A DNA stretch of 64,000 nucleotides from the NCBI GenBank assembly GCA_951406725.2, contig OX597816.1:72850001-72914000 (forward strand), in the 5' to 3' direction. This DNA is from Octopus vulgaris. Its lineage: Eukaryota. Position 1 is the first letter of the stretch; every line of letters begins with the position of its first letter. The position numbers were made by a program, and so were the translations under genes. This document shows positions 50,955-64,000 of the stretch, piece by piece. Under the pieces are notes generated by a model. The model searched no databases and was not told where the DNA came from. It saw nothing but the letters and a program-made list of their open reading frames with translations.

Positions 50955-51209
50955 GGTACTACTTAAGAAGAGAGGTCGCGGTGCGCGCACTCGCGCTCTC
51001 GCGTACTCGCAGTAGCCTGTCGTGACTAGTCGATCCTACAACGACTACCTAGCAAAGTAAATAAAACACAAAAATACAAAGTAAATAATTTTTTAAACAA
51101 AGTAAATAAAACAAAAACACAAAGTAAGGATCGACTAGTTACGACCAGATAGCGCGGATACACGACTACGCGAGTGCGTGCACCGGGACTACTTTTCTTA
51201 AGTAGTACC
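50955..51209. mobile_element. Mutator-like MITE with 9-bp TSD, inserted in a family A SINE
   Basis: TIRs GGTACTACTTAAGAA / TTCTTAAGTAGTACC; CATTTCCCC at 50946-50954 and 51210-51218. Confidence 0.9.
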
Positions 51210-51384
51210 CATTTCCCCCGTATTCACGTTCCGAGTTCAAATATCGCCAGGATCGACTTTATTTTTCATCTTTTCGGAGTCGATAAAATAAGTACCAATT
51301 GAACACTGGGGTTAATGTAATCGACTTAACATTTCCTCGAAAGTCCTAGCTTTGTGCCAAAATTTGGAATTGTTATTATTATCA

Positions 51385-51464
<80 letters not shown>

Positions 51465-51465
<1 letters not shown>

Positions 51466-53120
51466 TATGCTTGACTTTTGCTTTATATTTGTACAAGTTG
51501 GCTCCAAGTCTCACCCAGAGACCTCAAGAGACAACAGGGTTGGAAGTTCATGTTGTTGTTATGCCTGGTGTGCCATATATTTGGAGGGTGGGGGTGTTGT
51601 ACTAATGAATGTCTAAAAAAAAAGTTTTTTTTTTTTTTTAAACCGAAAATTATGTTTGTTTTAAACCTTGAGATTACATAGAAAGTATTTTGCGTAGGAT
51701 ATGAGCAGTTCCCATGAGTACTATCTTTTGAATTTTTGCCATTTTTGGGTTTCCTGGTATCTGAGTTAGATAGCTATCAGCCCCTTTTGCTATCATTCCC
51801 AGGGCACCTATGACAACAGGTATTGTTTTAGTCTTCAGGTTCCACATTTTGCTGATTTCTATTTCAAGATCTTTATATTTGCTCAGTTTTTGGTAGGTCT
51901 TGACAGATACGTTTATATCGATTGGGACAGTCATATCAATGAAGAGGCATGTTCTTTGTTTGAAGTCTTTCAATATGATGTCTGGCCTATTTGCATCTAT
52001 CTTTCTGTCAGTTTGAATGGTGAAGTTCCAGAGGAGTGAGATGTGGTCATTTTCAAGCACTTGGGGTGGTTTGTGTTCCCACCAGTTTTTTTCATGGGGC
52101 AAATCCAGGTTTTTACAGATTACCCAGTGAATATATTGTGCAGCTCTGTCGTGCCTGTTGAGATACTCTGTAGGCGCTAGAAGACTGCACTTGGAGACCA
52201 CATGGTCAATGGTTTCCTTTTGTTGCTTGCATACACGACACGTTGGACTGCTTCTGATCTTTAATATGTTGGCCTGGTAGTTTCTTGTTGGTAGGCATTG
52301 ATCTTGAGCTGCTATGATAAGCCCCTCTGTTTCAGATTTTAAGCCAGAGGCTATTAGCCATTGATGGGTCAGGGCTTTGTCAACATCTGCATTATTTGCT
52401 CTCTTTGGGTATTTGCCATAGAGAGGTTTTTCTTGCCATTTATCATTCAGAATATCTAAGGCCGCAGATTTAGCACGGGTTTTCATGCGCTTAGCTTTTT
52501 CTGTGCCTGTTTCTTGTATGTCTATCTCTAATTCTGAAATTTGTTGTATTCGGAATTCACTTATATATTCCTTTGCCTGTTTTGTTACTGAGTATGATGC
52601 TTTCTTGTTTTCATGTTTTGAGACAAGTTTTAACATCCAGTCCTCAGAGTTTTTCAGGTAGGTGTCTAGGCCAATTGTAGCAATCTTCATTGTTATTGCC
52701 AGTTGTAAAAGTCCACGGCCTCCCTCTTTTCTTGGCAGATAAAGTCGTTCTGTATCTGCCTTAGGGTGGTGCATTCTATGCATTGTCAACAGTTTTCGTA
52801 TTTTTCTGTCAAGATTACATATTTCAGTAATTGACCAGTTAACGATATTGAAACTGTAAGTCACGACTGGTATGGCTAATGCATTGATCGCTTCGATCCT
52901 GCTTCTCGCATTCAGCTCTGTCTTGAGTATTGCTCTTACTCTGCGATAGCATTCTCTCCTGAATCCTTTCCTTCATCTCTGAATGCCTTATTCCTTCTCC
53001 TTCAATTACCCCTAGATACTTGTAGTTCTCTGCTGGGTCTAATTCTTTTATGACATTCTGCTGGTCAAGGTTAACGTTAGATGTTTCTGTCATTTTTCCT
53101 TTGATAAAGGTAGCTTTTGC
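51465..53120 (-). mobile_element. 5'-truncated R4/Dong-clade non-LTR retrotransposon in a (TAA)n array
   Basis: ORF 51674-52864: YLPRKEGGRGL, CRVCKQQKETIDHVVSKC (CCHC), NRPDI...IDMTVP...KLSKYKDL (RLE); one upstream frameshift; (TAA)n on both sides. Confidence 0.92.
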
Positions 53121-53199
<79 letters not shown>

Positions 53200-53202
<3 letters not shown>

Positions 53203-53353
53203 TAGTTTTATTTTTATAACGTGCTTTCACTTCACTACCGAGCGCAGCTCTGTGTGTCTTGGGTATGTGCTGTAGTTTGGTTTGATGCTCTTATGGTTAC
53301 TGTATTGAAAATGTTTTGCGTAGGATGTGTGCAGTGCCAAGTAGTGCAATTTT
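53200..53353 (-). mobile_element. 3' stub of a second R4/Dong-like family
   Basis: Minus strand reads KIALLGTAHILRKTFSIQ* then a short 3'UTR running into (TAA)n. Confidence 0.75.
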
Positions 53354-54399
53354 CGGTCAAACTAAAGCGTTTGACCCGGTTATAAAAACAACAAAAAAAT
53401 AGTGTAATAGATGTAAAACAACTTTATCTAAGCGAATATGACAAAAACAAAATGCGCGCTCGCGAAAGGGGGGTGGGGAGAGGACTCGGAAAATTCACAT
53501 CATGAATGTTCCGAAAGCGTCTCACCCGGGCACAAAAACAAAAAAAATAGTGTAATTGGTGTAAAACAACTTGTTCTAAACACACACACACACACGCGCG
53601 CAAAGAGAAATGGTTGGTTCAAGGCAAGTGTGCATTGAACTGAATTTAAATAAGCAAGAAAGATATTATCAAAGAAAAGGCCATAGCACCATCTTTAGTA
53701 TCTGTTGTTATTATTATTATTATGGAGTTGAATGTGTGTGTTTGGTGAAATTACTAATATCAAAACATTAACCATCACCATTGAAGTGAAATGATAGTGT
53801 CTATACTTTTGGTTTGGCACTGCTGAATTGAGTCAAAGACTATATAATACAAGTCAGCAGAAAAAAAAGAAAAATTTTCTGTATGTTATATATATTTGTC
53901 GGGGTCTACCTTTACCTTTACCCCCTTTCGAGATCGATATAAAATAATTACCAATTGAGCACCGTGGTTGATATAATCGATTTACCCGCCTCCACGAAAT
54001 TGCAGACCTTGTGGCAGCAATTATTACAATTATTTCTATATTTATCATCATCTACTATTTATTTATTTATTTGTTTATTTATATATTTTGTAAAATGGCT
54101 ACCTGGTAGAATCGTTATTATGTCGAGAAGAATGCTTTATGGCATTCGTCTGGTTCTTTACCATTGATTTCGAATCCCGCCACAGTCGGCTAGGCCTTTC
54201 ATCTTTCTGCGGTTGAAGGTCGCTATGATCGAGTTACTCCTTAACCTGAAAATTGCTTGTTTTGTGTTAAAATTACAAAAAGTGATAATAGAATAAGAAT
54301 ATTATTATCAATCCCAACAAATGACAATGTATCACTTTAGGAAATGGAGAAGCTCTCAAAATACTCAAAATTGTCGCTCTCAGCTTCCCCTACAGCCTT

Positions 54400-54960
54400 G
54401 AGATGGCTTTGGAATCTGCGGGTACGTTCCTTACTATGTCTCTGGAAAGATCTTTGAACACCTCCCTGACCTTGGCCATCAGTTTAGCCTTGGTGTTGCA
54501 AGGAGAGCAGTTAGCATATTTTTTTTTTTACTCCCCGTACCTCTAATGTCAGAATCCATCGGATTACAATTGGAAGAGTTAGAAGGCCAGAAATTGGAGC
54601 TGGTGAAATCGTAGAAATTCTCCACGTCTGACCATTTCTAGGGGTGGGGGTAAGGAGTCGAATTCCGCTGCCACACTCATATGACCTTCCAGCAGCAACC
54701 CTCTTCAGCCAGTGTTTGACCACAGTCTCCAACAGCTTCACATAGCCGCCTGAATTGAACCCTAAGGTCTTGTTCATCAGTTGTCGAATCAGCTCTATCT
54801 CCTGGACGCAATTAGAATACCCACTGTGTCCCTTCTTGCTGACTACGGCTTCATAGTCTTCCTTGCAGCTGTCCATGTCACATCTAAGTCTTTACAGTGT
54901 TCACAGAACATTGAGCAGTAGTCACGATGTCGGCATTCTGGTACTCGGCTCGAATCATCA
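54400..54960 (-). pseudogene. Tc1/mariner-superfamily transposase remnant
   Basis: YVKLLETVVKHWLKRVAAGRSY, then degenerate WQ.DSAP and WPSNSSNCNPMD (WPPNSPDLNPLD-like). Confidence 0.7.
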
Positions 54961-55146
54961 TGATACGAGTAACACTTTTCTGATATTTAGATAACATCAA
55001 TAAATTTAAAGGTCCTTGTATCAAATATGATATCACCATCTTAATTACTCATTTTCTTCCCGGATTGCGTCTCAGGGTGATTCATTCTTTAAGGGATTTT
55101 ATTTCCTTATGCCAGCAATTACACAATCTTGTGCATTCCTTAGTTT

Positions 55147-55527
55147 TTAGTGGCTGACGATATGTGCATCTCTGATCACGAGCAGAAGTAGTGGGGGAGC
55201 ATCATAGCCATGTGTTGAGAGGGATTATTTGGGGTTTGAATTATTCACCTCTGGAAACATGGGTGTTTCGTTCAACATCCTTAAACAACTCTTATTCAGG
55301 GACCTTTTGAGCAGGATGGGTTACTCGACCAGAAGAAAATTCTAACTGGACCCCACCTGCAAGGTCATGTGCTGTTTATCTTGATATGAGATCATCATGT
55401 CGCGCACATATGGTTGTGATGCATGTGCCTAGTGTACCCTTATCAGACGGGTAGTCATGATGGGTATACTGGGCTTCGTATATTTTACCTCAATGTCACT
55501 TTGATGGCATGCACTGCTCTCTCACTC
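55147..55527. mobile_element. Truncated copy of the (AAT)n-embedded non-coding element
   Basis: Highly similar to 56773-57154; ends at (AAT)n. Confidence 0.85.
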
Positions 55528-55564
<37 letters not shown>

Positions 55565-55945
55565 TTGGTTTCAAATTCTGGAAAAATCCCCCAGCAATTT
55601 TGTGAGAAGAGATGAGTCGATTACGTCGACCCCAGAACTCAAATGGGAGTTATCGAATCAACCCGGAAACGATGAAAGGAAAAATCGACCTCGGCGGAAT
55701 TTGAGCTCAGAACACAAAGACAGGCAAAATGTCGCTAAACATTTCACTCGGTGTCCTACAGGTTCTGCCAACTCGCCACCTTAATAAAGGTTTCAAATTT
55801 GGGCACAAGGCCAACAATCTCAGGGTTGGTGGTAAATCGATTACATCGACCCCCCCCCCCCCAGTACTCAAGCGCTACTTATTTTATCGATTCCGAAAGA
55901 ATGAAAGCAATGTTGGTCTCGGAGGAATGTGATCCTAGAACGTAG
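55565..55945 (-). mobile_element. Two tandem SINE family A copies
   Basis: Repeated ggtttcaaatt...gtcga...ggcggaatttga blocks. Confidence 0.7.
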
Positions 55946-56515
55946 TAGCGGAAAATAGATAGTTGAATGATTTCCCTTGCAAGAAAGGCCATAGACTAAC
56001 CTCCCTTTCTAAGTTTCTCGAAGCATCTATGTCATGAGACGTGATTCTTAATTATTCAAGAAGCTTTGTGTTTCTCTTGGAAGTTTCTAGAATGTCTAGC
56101 GTCCCATTAATAAAAACAGCTTGCTAACCCATCTCTTCGCTTCTTAGTCGATTAGACTAAGAGTCATTCACGTCATTGCTATGTCCGTCTATTTCTCTAT
56201 GCCACATGACTGAAAACCACCGTTTAGCTGTTATTTCTACATTTTCTATCGCTAAACGTTCTTGCACAAATTACTTCATTCAACTAGATTCTGTATTTTG
56301 ATTCTGTATCATCATCAACCAGTAAATAAGATATATTTTAATGTAGCAAATATACAGTTCTTGAATTTATTCTTCTTCTCTGTAAGAACTCTTGCAATGA
56401 TATACTCGCAGCCGCATCAACACCTGATACGATTCCCACTACAACGCAAAGACGGGCAAAAAAGCTGCAAAGTAGCTTTCCCGGCGTGTTAACGATTCTA
56501 CCAGCTCCACGCCTT

Positions 56516-56598
<83 letters not shown>

Positions 56599-56600
<2 letters not shown>

Positions 56601-57154
56601 GCCCTGATGCAGTACCAGGCAGTGGCTCTCATGGCTTCTGATCTTAACTGATTGGAAGTGTTATCATGAACATTGTTTTGTCTTGGTATAAAAGATGGGC
56701 TACAGCAAATATTCTGCTCCATACCACAGATTTGCTTGTCAGTTGTTTGACCTTAACCAGTTGAGCATGTCCCTTAGTGGCTGACGATATGTACATCTGT
56801 GATCACGAGCAGAAGTAGTGGGGGAGCATCATAGCCATGTGTTGAGAGGGATTCTTTAGGGTTTGGATAGTTCACCTCTGGAAACATGGGTGATTCGTTC
56901 AACATCCTTAAACAATCCTTATTCAAGGACCTTTTAAGCGGGATGGGTTACTCTACCAGAAGAAAATTCTAAGTGGGCCCCACCTGCAAGGTTATGTGCT
57001 GTTTATCTTGATATGGGATCACCATGTCGCGCACATGTGGTTGTGATGCATGTGCCTAGTGTACCATTATCAGACGGGTAGTCATGATGGGTATACTGGG
57101 CTTCATATATTTTACCCCAGTGTCACTTTGATGGCATGCACTGCTCTCTCACTC
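56599..57154. mobile_element. ~555-bp non-coding interspersed element flanked by (AAT)n on both sides
   Basis: Sharp boundaries with the AAT arrays; second copy at 55147-55527. Confidence 0.8.
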
Positions 57155-57225
57155 AATAATAATAATAATAATAATAATGATGATGATGATGATGATGATA
57201 ATAATAATAATAATAATAATAATAA

Positions 57226-57299
<74 letters not shown>

Positions 57300-57694
57300 A
57301 TAATAATAATAATAATGGTTTCAAATTTTAGCATTAGGACAGCAATTTCAAGGGAAAGTGTAAGCCGATTACAATGACCCCACTGTTCAACTGGTACTTA
57401 TTTATCAACCCCGAAGGGATGAAAGGCAAAGTCGACTTCGGCGTACTTTGAACGCAGGACATAAGAACGGGCAAACTGCCCCTAAACATTTTTTCCCGGC
57501 ATTGCTGACGATCCCACCAGTTCACTGTAGCCGTTCATTGACATTTTTTTCTGCATTGTTTATTGATTATGTGTTTGACGTCACGGATAATTAGACCTGA
57601 ACACTAACACCACTGATCCTGTTCATGTTAATGGTGCCAACATGAGTTTCGATTTCTCGGCAGGAAGAAATATTATGTATAAAAATTCTACACA

Positions 57695-57810
<116 letters not shown>

Positions 57811-57891
57811 CACTCTCCCTCTCTGTTGTTCTGTGTGTGTGTGCGTATGTGCGAGTGTGTGTGTGTCTGTGTGCGTGTGTGTGCGCGTGTA

Positions 57892-57962
<71 letters not shown>

Positions 57963-58413
57963 ATCGTGTGTGTGTGTGTGTGTGTGTACATCATCGTTTG
58001 ATTGTAGTTTGAATTTCTGGACCGGGCAATGCATTACATTGTTGAGCAGAATATTTCCTGTCACGTTGCTCCAGTCCAACCATATGGCAACATTTAATAA
58101 TCTTGCGACGGACCGGCGTCCCGCCTGGGCGGGGGTGGGGGTAATATACGCCACAGAAACCGGAAAACCGGCCCTTTGAGTCTATATGACTCGGGAAGGA
58201 TTTTCATTCTTTTGTCATAGTGTGACGAAAGAGAAATAACCTTATTGCTCACGTCACTAATTTGAATCGTGCTGCACGTTGTTTTCCTTTTGTTTTTCTC
58301 TGTGTCTTTGCAGTGATGGCGGACGATTTGAACTGAAGGAACGCACGTGCGAGAGGGCAACGTAAAGAACGCAGAGTGTGAACATGGAAGCGTAAACAAA
58401 CAGGAAAAAAAAA

Positions 58414-58819
58414 GGATCTTTTCGGTTTGAACGGCAGTTTTTTCTAGCGGTGTCATATGAAATTGTCACCCATAATTATGACCCTAGAATCGATCTGTTG
58501 CATTCCAATCTCTTTTAGGGTTAGGGGTGGGGGAAAGGTATCTTTTTTTCTTCACAAATGTAAATAAACCCAATCTGTTTCTTAAACGAGGGACATATTC
58601 ATACGGCACAGAATGCTTTTTAACTCAATAAACGTCACTGATTGGTTGAAATTGCAGAAATTGAAGAAAAATCATTAAATATCTTACAAACTTATAGAAT
58701 TTTCTCAATAAAGCCAAGAGAAAAAGATGTTTTATAAACACATTCTACCAATATACGAAGTTTAAAATTTTTTAGTTACCTAGAAATTATGTTAAAAACT
58801 GCTGTTCAAACCGAAAAGA
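58414..58819. mobile_element. MITE with ~26-bp TIRs
   Basis: tcttttcggtttgaacggcagttttt / aaaaactgctgttcaaaccgaaaaga; poly-A on both flanks; internal ttagggttagggg. Confidence 0.8.
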
Positions 58820-59233
58820 AAAAAAAATAGTAAGTGTGAAGTTGGCTACGAAGACAGTCGGTGTAAAGATGCGATGTGACCAGTCGAAGTGAACCCGAGC
58901 GGCAAAGAACCCCATTATACGAGATATCCAATCAGCTACAACTACTTCTTCCTCTCAAAGCAAGTTGGCTTCTTGGGGTTCTTGGGCTGGCCTGCGGTTT
59001 CCTAGCTGCTTACTCGATTGTTGGAGCCGTTTTGGTATCAGGAAGCCGCATTTTGCAACAATATGTAAACGTCTGACAGGTTAGGGTTAGGGTTACACTA
59101 TAAGGGATGATATCACAAACAATGATTAAACAACGAGAAAGACTGAACAGAGCAGAATACGTTATAACTAGTTCAGGTAAATTTATCAAATTTAACGGAG
59201 GAAGCCACAGAAAGCTAATTAGCAGAAAAAAGA

Positions 59234-60011
59234 GGTGCTACTTTGGTGTGCGATCTATGTAGCCAAAGTGATCTACAAAGGTCAAATTCTACTTTAGAAT
59301 GCGATCTACATGTTTCATTTATTTTATTATTTTTTTATTTATGCGCCCTTTTCAATCCTAGCCAGGCTCAAGGGCCCGGTTTCTCGGTTTCTGTGGCATA
59401 TGTGTTCCCCCCCCCCAATAAACAGGAAGAAAGAGTGAGAGAAAGTTGGGGCGAAAGAGTACAACAGGGGTCGGCACCACCCCCTGTCGGAGCCTCGTAG
59501 AGCTTTTAGTTGTTTTCTCTCAATAAACACACAATGCTCGATCTGGGAATCGAAACCGCGATCATCCGACCGCGAGTCCGCTGCCCTAACCACTGGGCCA
59601 TGGCGTCTCCACTTTCATTTATTTATTATGGCTTAAAACATTTTTACATTTCTCTATTTTTATTTAAGAAAATTAAAATGAAGCAGATTTGAAATAAGTT
59701 TACTCATTTTATAGGCGAATTGAGAGAACGGTCGAATAGAAGGAAAATCCACCAGAAAAGTTTAAAATAGAGAATTAAAATGTTTATAAAAGTAAAGAAA
59801 TATATATATTTTATACACATATTATAAAAAAGAAATTAAAATGAAGCAAATTTGTAACAAGTTTACAAATATTTTAGCGGCGAATTGAACAAACATCAGC
59901 AAGAAAAGCTGTTCTTGATAAGTATAACTTTTCTTGCAGATCACAATATAAAGCGTAGATCGCATACCAAAGCAGTATCATGACGTGCAGATCACCTACC
60001 AAAGTAGCACC
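59234..60011. mobile_element. MITE with a nested family C SINE (59340-59612, -)
   Basis: TIRs GGTGCTACTTTGGT / ACCAAAGTAGCACC; subterminal gatct repeats; internal direct repeats near 59670 and 59834. Confidence 0.7.
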
Positions 60012-60059
60012 AAAGAAGAAATGGTATTAAGAGAATATTTATATTAATCTCAAAGTTCA

Positions 60060-60535
60060 GAGGAGGGGTTAAGTCGATTGCATTGACCTCCAGTATACAA
60101 CTGGTACTTATTTTATCGACCTCGAAGGGATGAAAAGCAAAGTCGACCTCGGCTGAATTTGAACTCAGAACGAAGTCGACCTTGCCTTTCGTCCTTTGGG
60201 GGTCGATAAATTAAGTATCAGTTGCGTACTGAGGTCGATCTAATCGACTGGCTCCCTCCCCAAAATTTCGGGCCTTGTGCCTAGAGAAGAGAAGAATATT
60301 ATTGAGGGTTTTGAAGGCGGCGAGCTGGCAGAATCGTTAACACACCGGGCTAAATACTTAGCAGTATTTTGTCTGTCTGCACGCTCTGAGTTCAAATTCC
60401 GCCGAGGTCGTCTTTGTCTTTCATTCTTGCGGGGTCGATGAAATAAGTACCAATCAAGAGCCTGGCGGGATCGAAGTAATCGAGTAGTCCATTCACCCAA
60501 ATTTCAGGCCTTGTACCTATAGTTTGAAAAGATTA
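60060..60535. mobile_element. Cluster of three SINE family A pieces (-, +, +)
   Basis: Full copy at 60315-60535; back-to-back partial copies at 60060-60295. Confidence 0.8.
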
Positions 60536-61139
60536 TTGTGGGTTTTGCAGTGATAAGGGGAGACTATTCTGAATATATTTCTATCTTGTTTGTCGTCTTC
60601 ATTGACGCAGAGAGAATAGCTCAGTAAGTGGGAAAATAACCAACGCTTGTAGAAGACTAGAAATATTCTGAGAGTTATATACTCAGAGACGCTATCTGCA
60701 TGAATAAGTAATATTTAAATCCGTGTTAATATAATTTATGTATTGTTAATATATACAATGCTTACAACAGTAGTTTGTGTTTACATTTTTAATGTTATAT
60801 TCGACCATGTTATTATATTAACTGCTATTATCTTAAAATCTTGTGCTCACAATTTTAATGTCAATATGTTAAAATCATGCTAATATATAAATGTGTTAAA
60901 ATTGTTAATATATTTAAAGTTAATATGTCAAAATTATGTTAATATGTTTAATAAGATTTAATGTTTATATATTTAATGCATGTAGTGCCGCATAAAAAGA
61001 ATTACATATGAAAATAGATTTAGGGAGAGGTACGTATATACAACTGCTGGTAGTTCTCGCTATTTTGGACATTTTGACACATCGGTTTTTCAGTTGCGAT
61101 ATTAGTGACACACTGAACATCAGATTATAATAATAATGG

Positions 61140-61632
61140 TCAGAAAAAAGGGGCGGGGGTTAAAATGAAACTCTTCAATGCGGTGTTCGTATCAACGGTT
61201 ACCTATGGTCATGAATCCTGGGCAATGACCGAAAGAATACGATGGCAAATACGAATGACCGAGACGGAGTACCTCCGAAGGGTCTTTGGAATAACGTTAT
61301 GCGATAGATTGGGTAACTCGGCCAGCCAAGTAGAGCCGCTACTTCTTGGAAGTGAGGCACCACAGCTCAGATACTACAGACATGTAGTTAGAATGTCTTG
61401 GGAAAGAATCGCTGGGCGGGTTTTACGGGTAAAACCAACTAGCAGGAAACGCAGGGGTAGTTCACGAGCAAGATAGTCACATGACATGCATGAACTCGGT
61501 TGGTGTCGCTATGGGATCCAGTTGGATCAACTGGAGACGGTTGCTCCTAACAGGACCCGATAGCAGGCTTGCTTGAGGACTCTGCTCATGACCCTACCAG
61601 CAATAAGTAGACGAAGAAGATGAGATGAGATG
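61140..61632 (+). mobile_element. RTE-clade LINE 3' remnant
   Basis: KLFNAVFVSTVTYGHESW...EYLRRVFGITLCDR...QLRYYRHVVRM...RKRRG; tail gatgagatgagatg. Confidence 0.8.
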
Positions 61633-62429
61633 TTTAGCATGGAAGTTATATAAGAAACACTTTTAGATATTAAAAAATATCAAAAAGTTATATATATATA
61701 TAAAAAAAAACTAGTGAATTTTAAAATCTAAGATTTTCTTTCCGGTCATCGTTTCGTTTCCAGAGGAGAGTGATGGTTAGATATTTAGAATAGATCCTGC
61801 TGAAAAATTCGAAACGATCTTAAAACGTTTGATAGGTTTCGGTATCCCAAAATGTGTGACACTGATGTATCTGCATACAGCGTCAAGCACAGAAAATCAG
61901 CAACAGAAGACTTTTCAAAATTCAATCAATTACGGACATATCACAAATCATATAGAAGACCCACGTTGGAGTTCTTACTACAAAATACGGCCTCAGGATG
62001 CTGTTAAATATACGAAGTGTCTCGATGCCCGACACACCAGGTTACAAACGTCTCTTTCATTCACCAATACGCTACAACTGCTGAATACTAACTCACAGAC
62101 GTTTGATTCTATTCATTCATTTGTTTTGCTGACTATTCTAAATTTATTACATACAAAAAAATTCCACTTTTCTGAGCTAGCAAATAGCACACTAGTCGCA
62201 CAAAGACTCTTTCTATGCATACCCATATCCTACACCCGTCCCTCTTTGCGTGTCTCAATCGTCAGACACTGCACTATCCTTTCATCCTCACACAACGGCA
62301 GCTCTCTCCGGTTTCCTCTGCAGCCATGCTTTTTTATAATTTAAACTACAAACATCCGGCTACAAAAGTTCAAACTACATCGATCTCGCCAGCGTGGGAG
62401 GGTCGAGAAGTGGCACGGTCAGTGACTCA

Positions 62430-62524
<95 letters not shown>

Positions 62525-62543
62525 GTGTGTGTGCGTGTGAATG

Positions 62544-62586
<43 letters not shown>

Positions 62587-62617
62587 GTATGTATATATAT
62601 ATAGTATTTTGAACGTA

Positions 62618-62670
<53 letters not shown>

Positions 62671-62678
62671 ATATGAAC

Positions 62679-62719
<41 letters not shown>

Positions 62720-62917
62720 AAGAAATAAAGAAAGATGGAGGGAAAGGAGAAAAGCGAGAGGAAGGGGAGACGAGAAGTAGCGAAATAAATGAAGAGAAAC
62801 ATAAAAGTAGAAAGATGGATATATTGATCGGAATATATGGATAAACAGGTATGAATTCAGATTAAAGCTTAAATACGTATACATAATCACACGTACATAC
62901 ATACATACATACATACA

Positions 62918-62948
<31 letters not shown>

Positions 62949-63154
62949 GTATGTGTGTGTTTGTATAAGTGTGTAGATATGTGTATGTATGAGTGTGTGT
63001 ACATGCATCTATGTGTTTTTGTGTGTGTGCGCTGTGCAGGCAAGCGTGTATGCATCTGATGTTTGCGTAGCTTTGTGCCAATTAATGTGTATATTTGGAA
63101 TAAATGGAATTAATGGACTAATTAATGTATATATCTAATATGGAATAGTCTATC

Positions 63155-63207
<53 letters not shown>

Positions 63208-63223
63208 GCACATGTTTATATAT

Positions 63224-63261
<38 letters not shown>

Positions 63262-63279
63262 GTGTATATATATGCATAT

Positions 63280-63316
<37 letters not shown>

Positions 63317-63334
63317 TATGTTTATATATATATG

Positions 63335-63365
<31 letters not shown>

Positions 63366-63366
63366 G

Positions 63367-63419
<53 letters not shown>

Positions 63420-63497
63420 GTATATAGATGACTGTAACAAAGTATATACCATTACAGCACACGATAATGATTATATACATATATGTTGTATATATAA

Positions 63498-63528
<31 letters not shown>

Positions 63529-63926
63529 AAGGAAAAGAAGGAAAGAGCGACAAAGAACAAAGAGTATATTCCGACATACTAATTATAACATAGACACATT
63601 CACATAGATACACATGCACACATGCAGTAACTACCACGTACACTTACACCAACGCTCACATACTTCATATTCAAATACACACACACACACTTTTCTATGT
63701 GTGTGTATGTATGTGTGAACATATATTGCACATTCATACGCAACCGCATCGTACAAACACACACATACACTTATGTATACGTATATATGTATGTATATAT
63801 CATCATAGCTAAGTGTATAATTATTAATGTAAATAATATATAAGTGTAATTATAACGCTAACGATTATGATGATGAGCGATTTATTACATCAGCAACGTC
63901 AATCATCATCATCATCATCATCATCA

Positions 63927-63982
<56 letters not shown>

Positions 63983-64000
63983 TTTACTACTATTATTATT

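Noticed and set aside
60700-60980. AT-rich degenerate tgttaatat repeats
   Set aside because: Decayed low-complexity minisatellite with no further structure.
61829-62344. 171-codon ORF
   Set aside because: Non-ATG start, no recognisable motif and no supporting splice context.

Overview
Repeat-saturated eukaryotic DNA, most likely octopus/coleoid cephalopod (an inference from the extreme microsatellite density and the tRNA-derived SINE families). Almost every ORF in the track is a microsatellite translation artefact. There is one convincing host gene, an uninterrupted 1142-aa acidic, Pro/Cys-rich repeat protein (11619-15047, +) that seems to be built largely from a 13-residue unit. The rest is SINEs, LINE remnants (RTE, CR1, R4/Dong-type RLE elements), mariner remnants, MITEs and Penelope-like (PLE) fragments. 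The most striking signal is a set of minimal type I hammerhead-ribozyme motifs from at least four sequence families. Three times they occur as inverted pairs pointing away from a centre: a near-perfect 397-bp palindrome (16457-16853), a diverged pair (17768-18180) and a ~1-kb foldback (28726-29748). The foldback joins a tRNA-derived Pol III head to a hammerhead-bearing PLE-like tail and is flanked by a 13-bp direct repeat. Several retroelements appear to target particular microsatellites: (TAA)n, (CATA)n and (TA)n. All calls were read by eye; no searches or folding were run.
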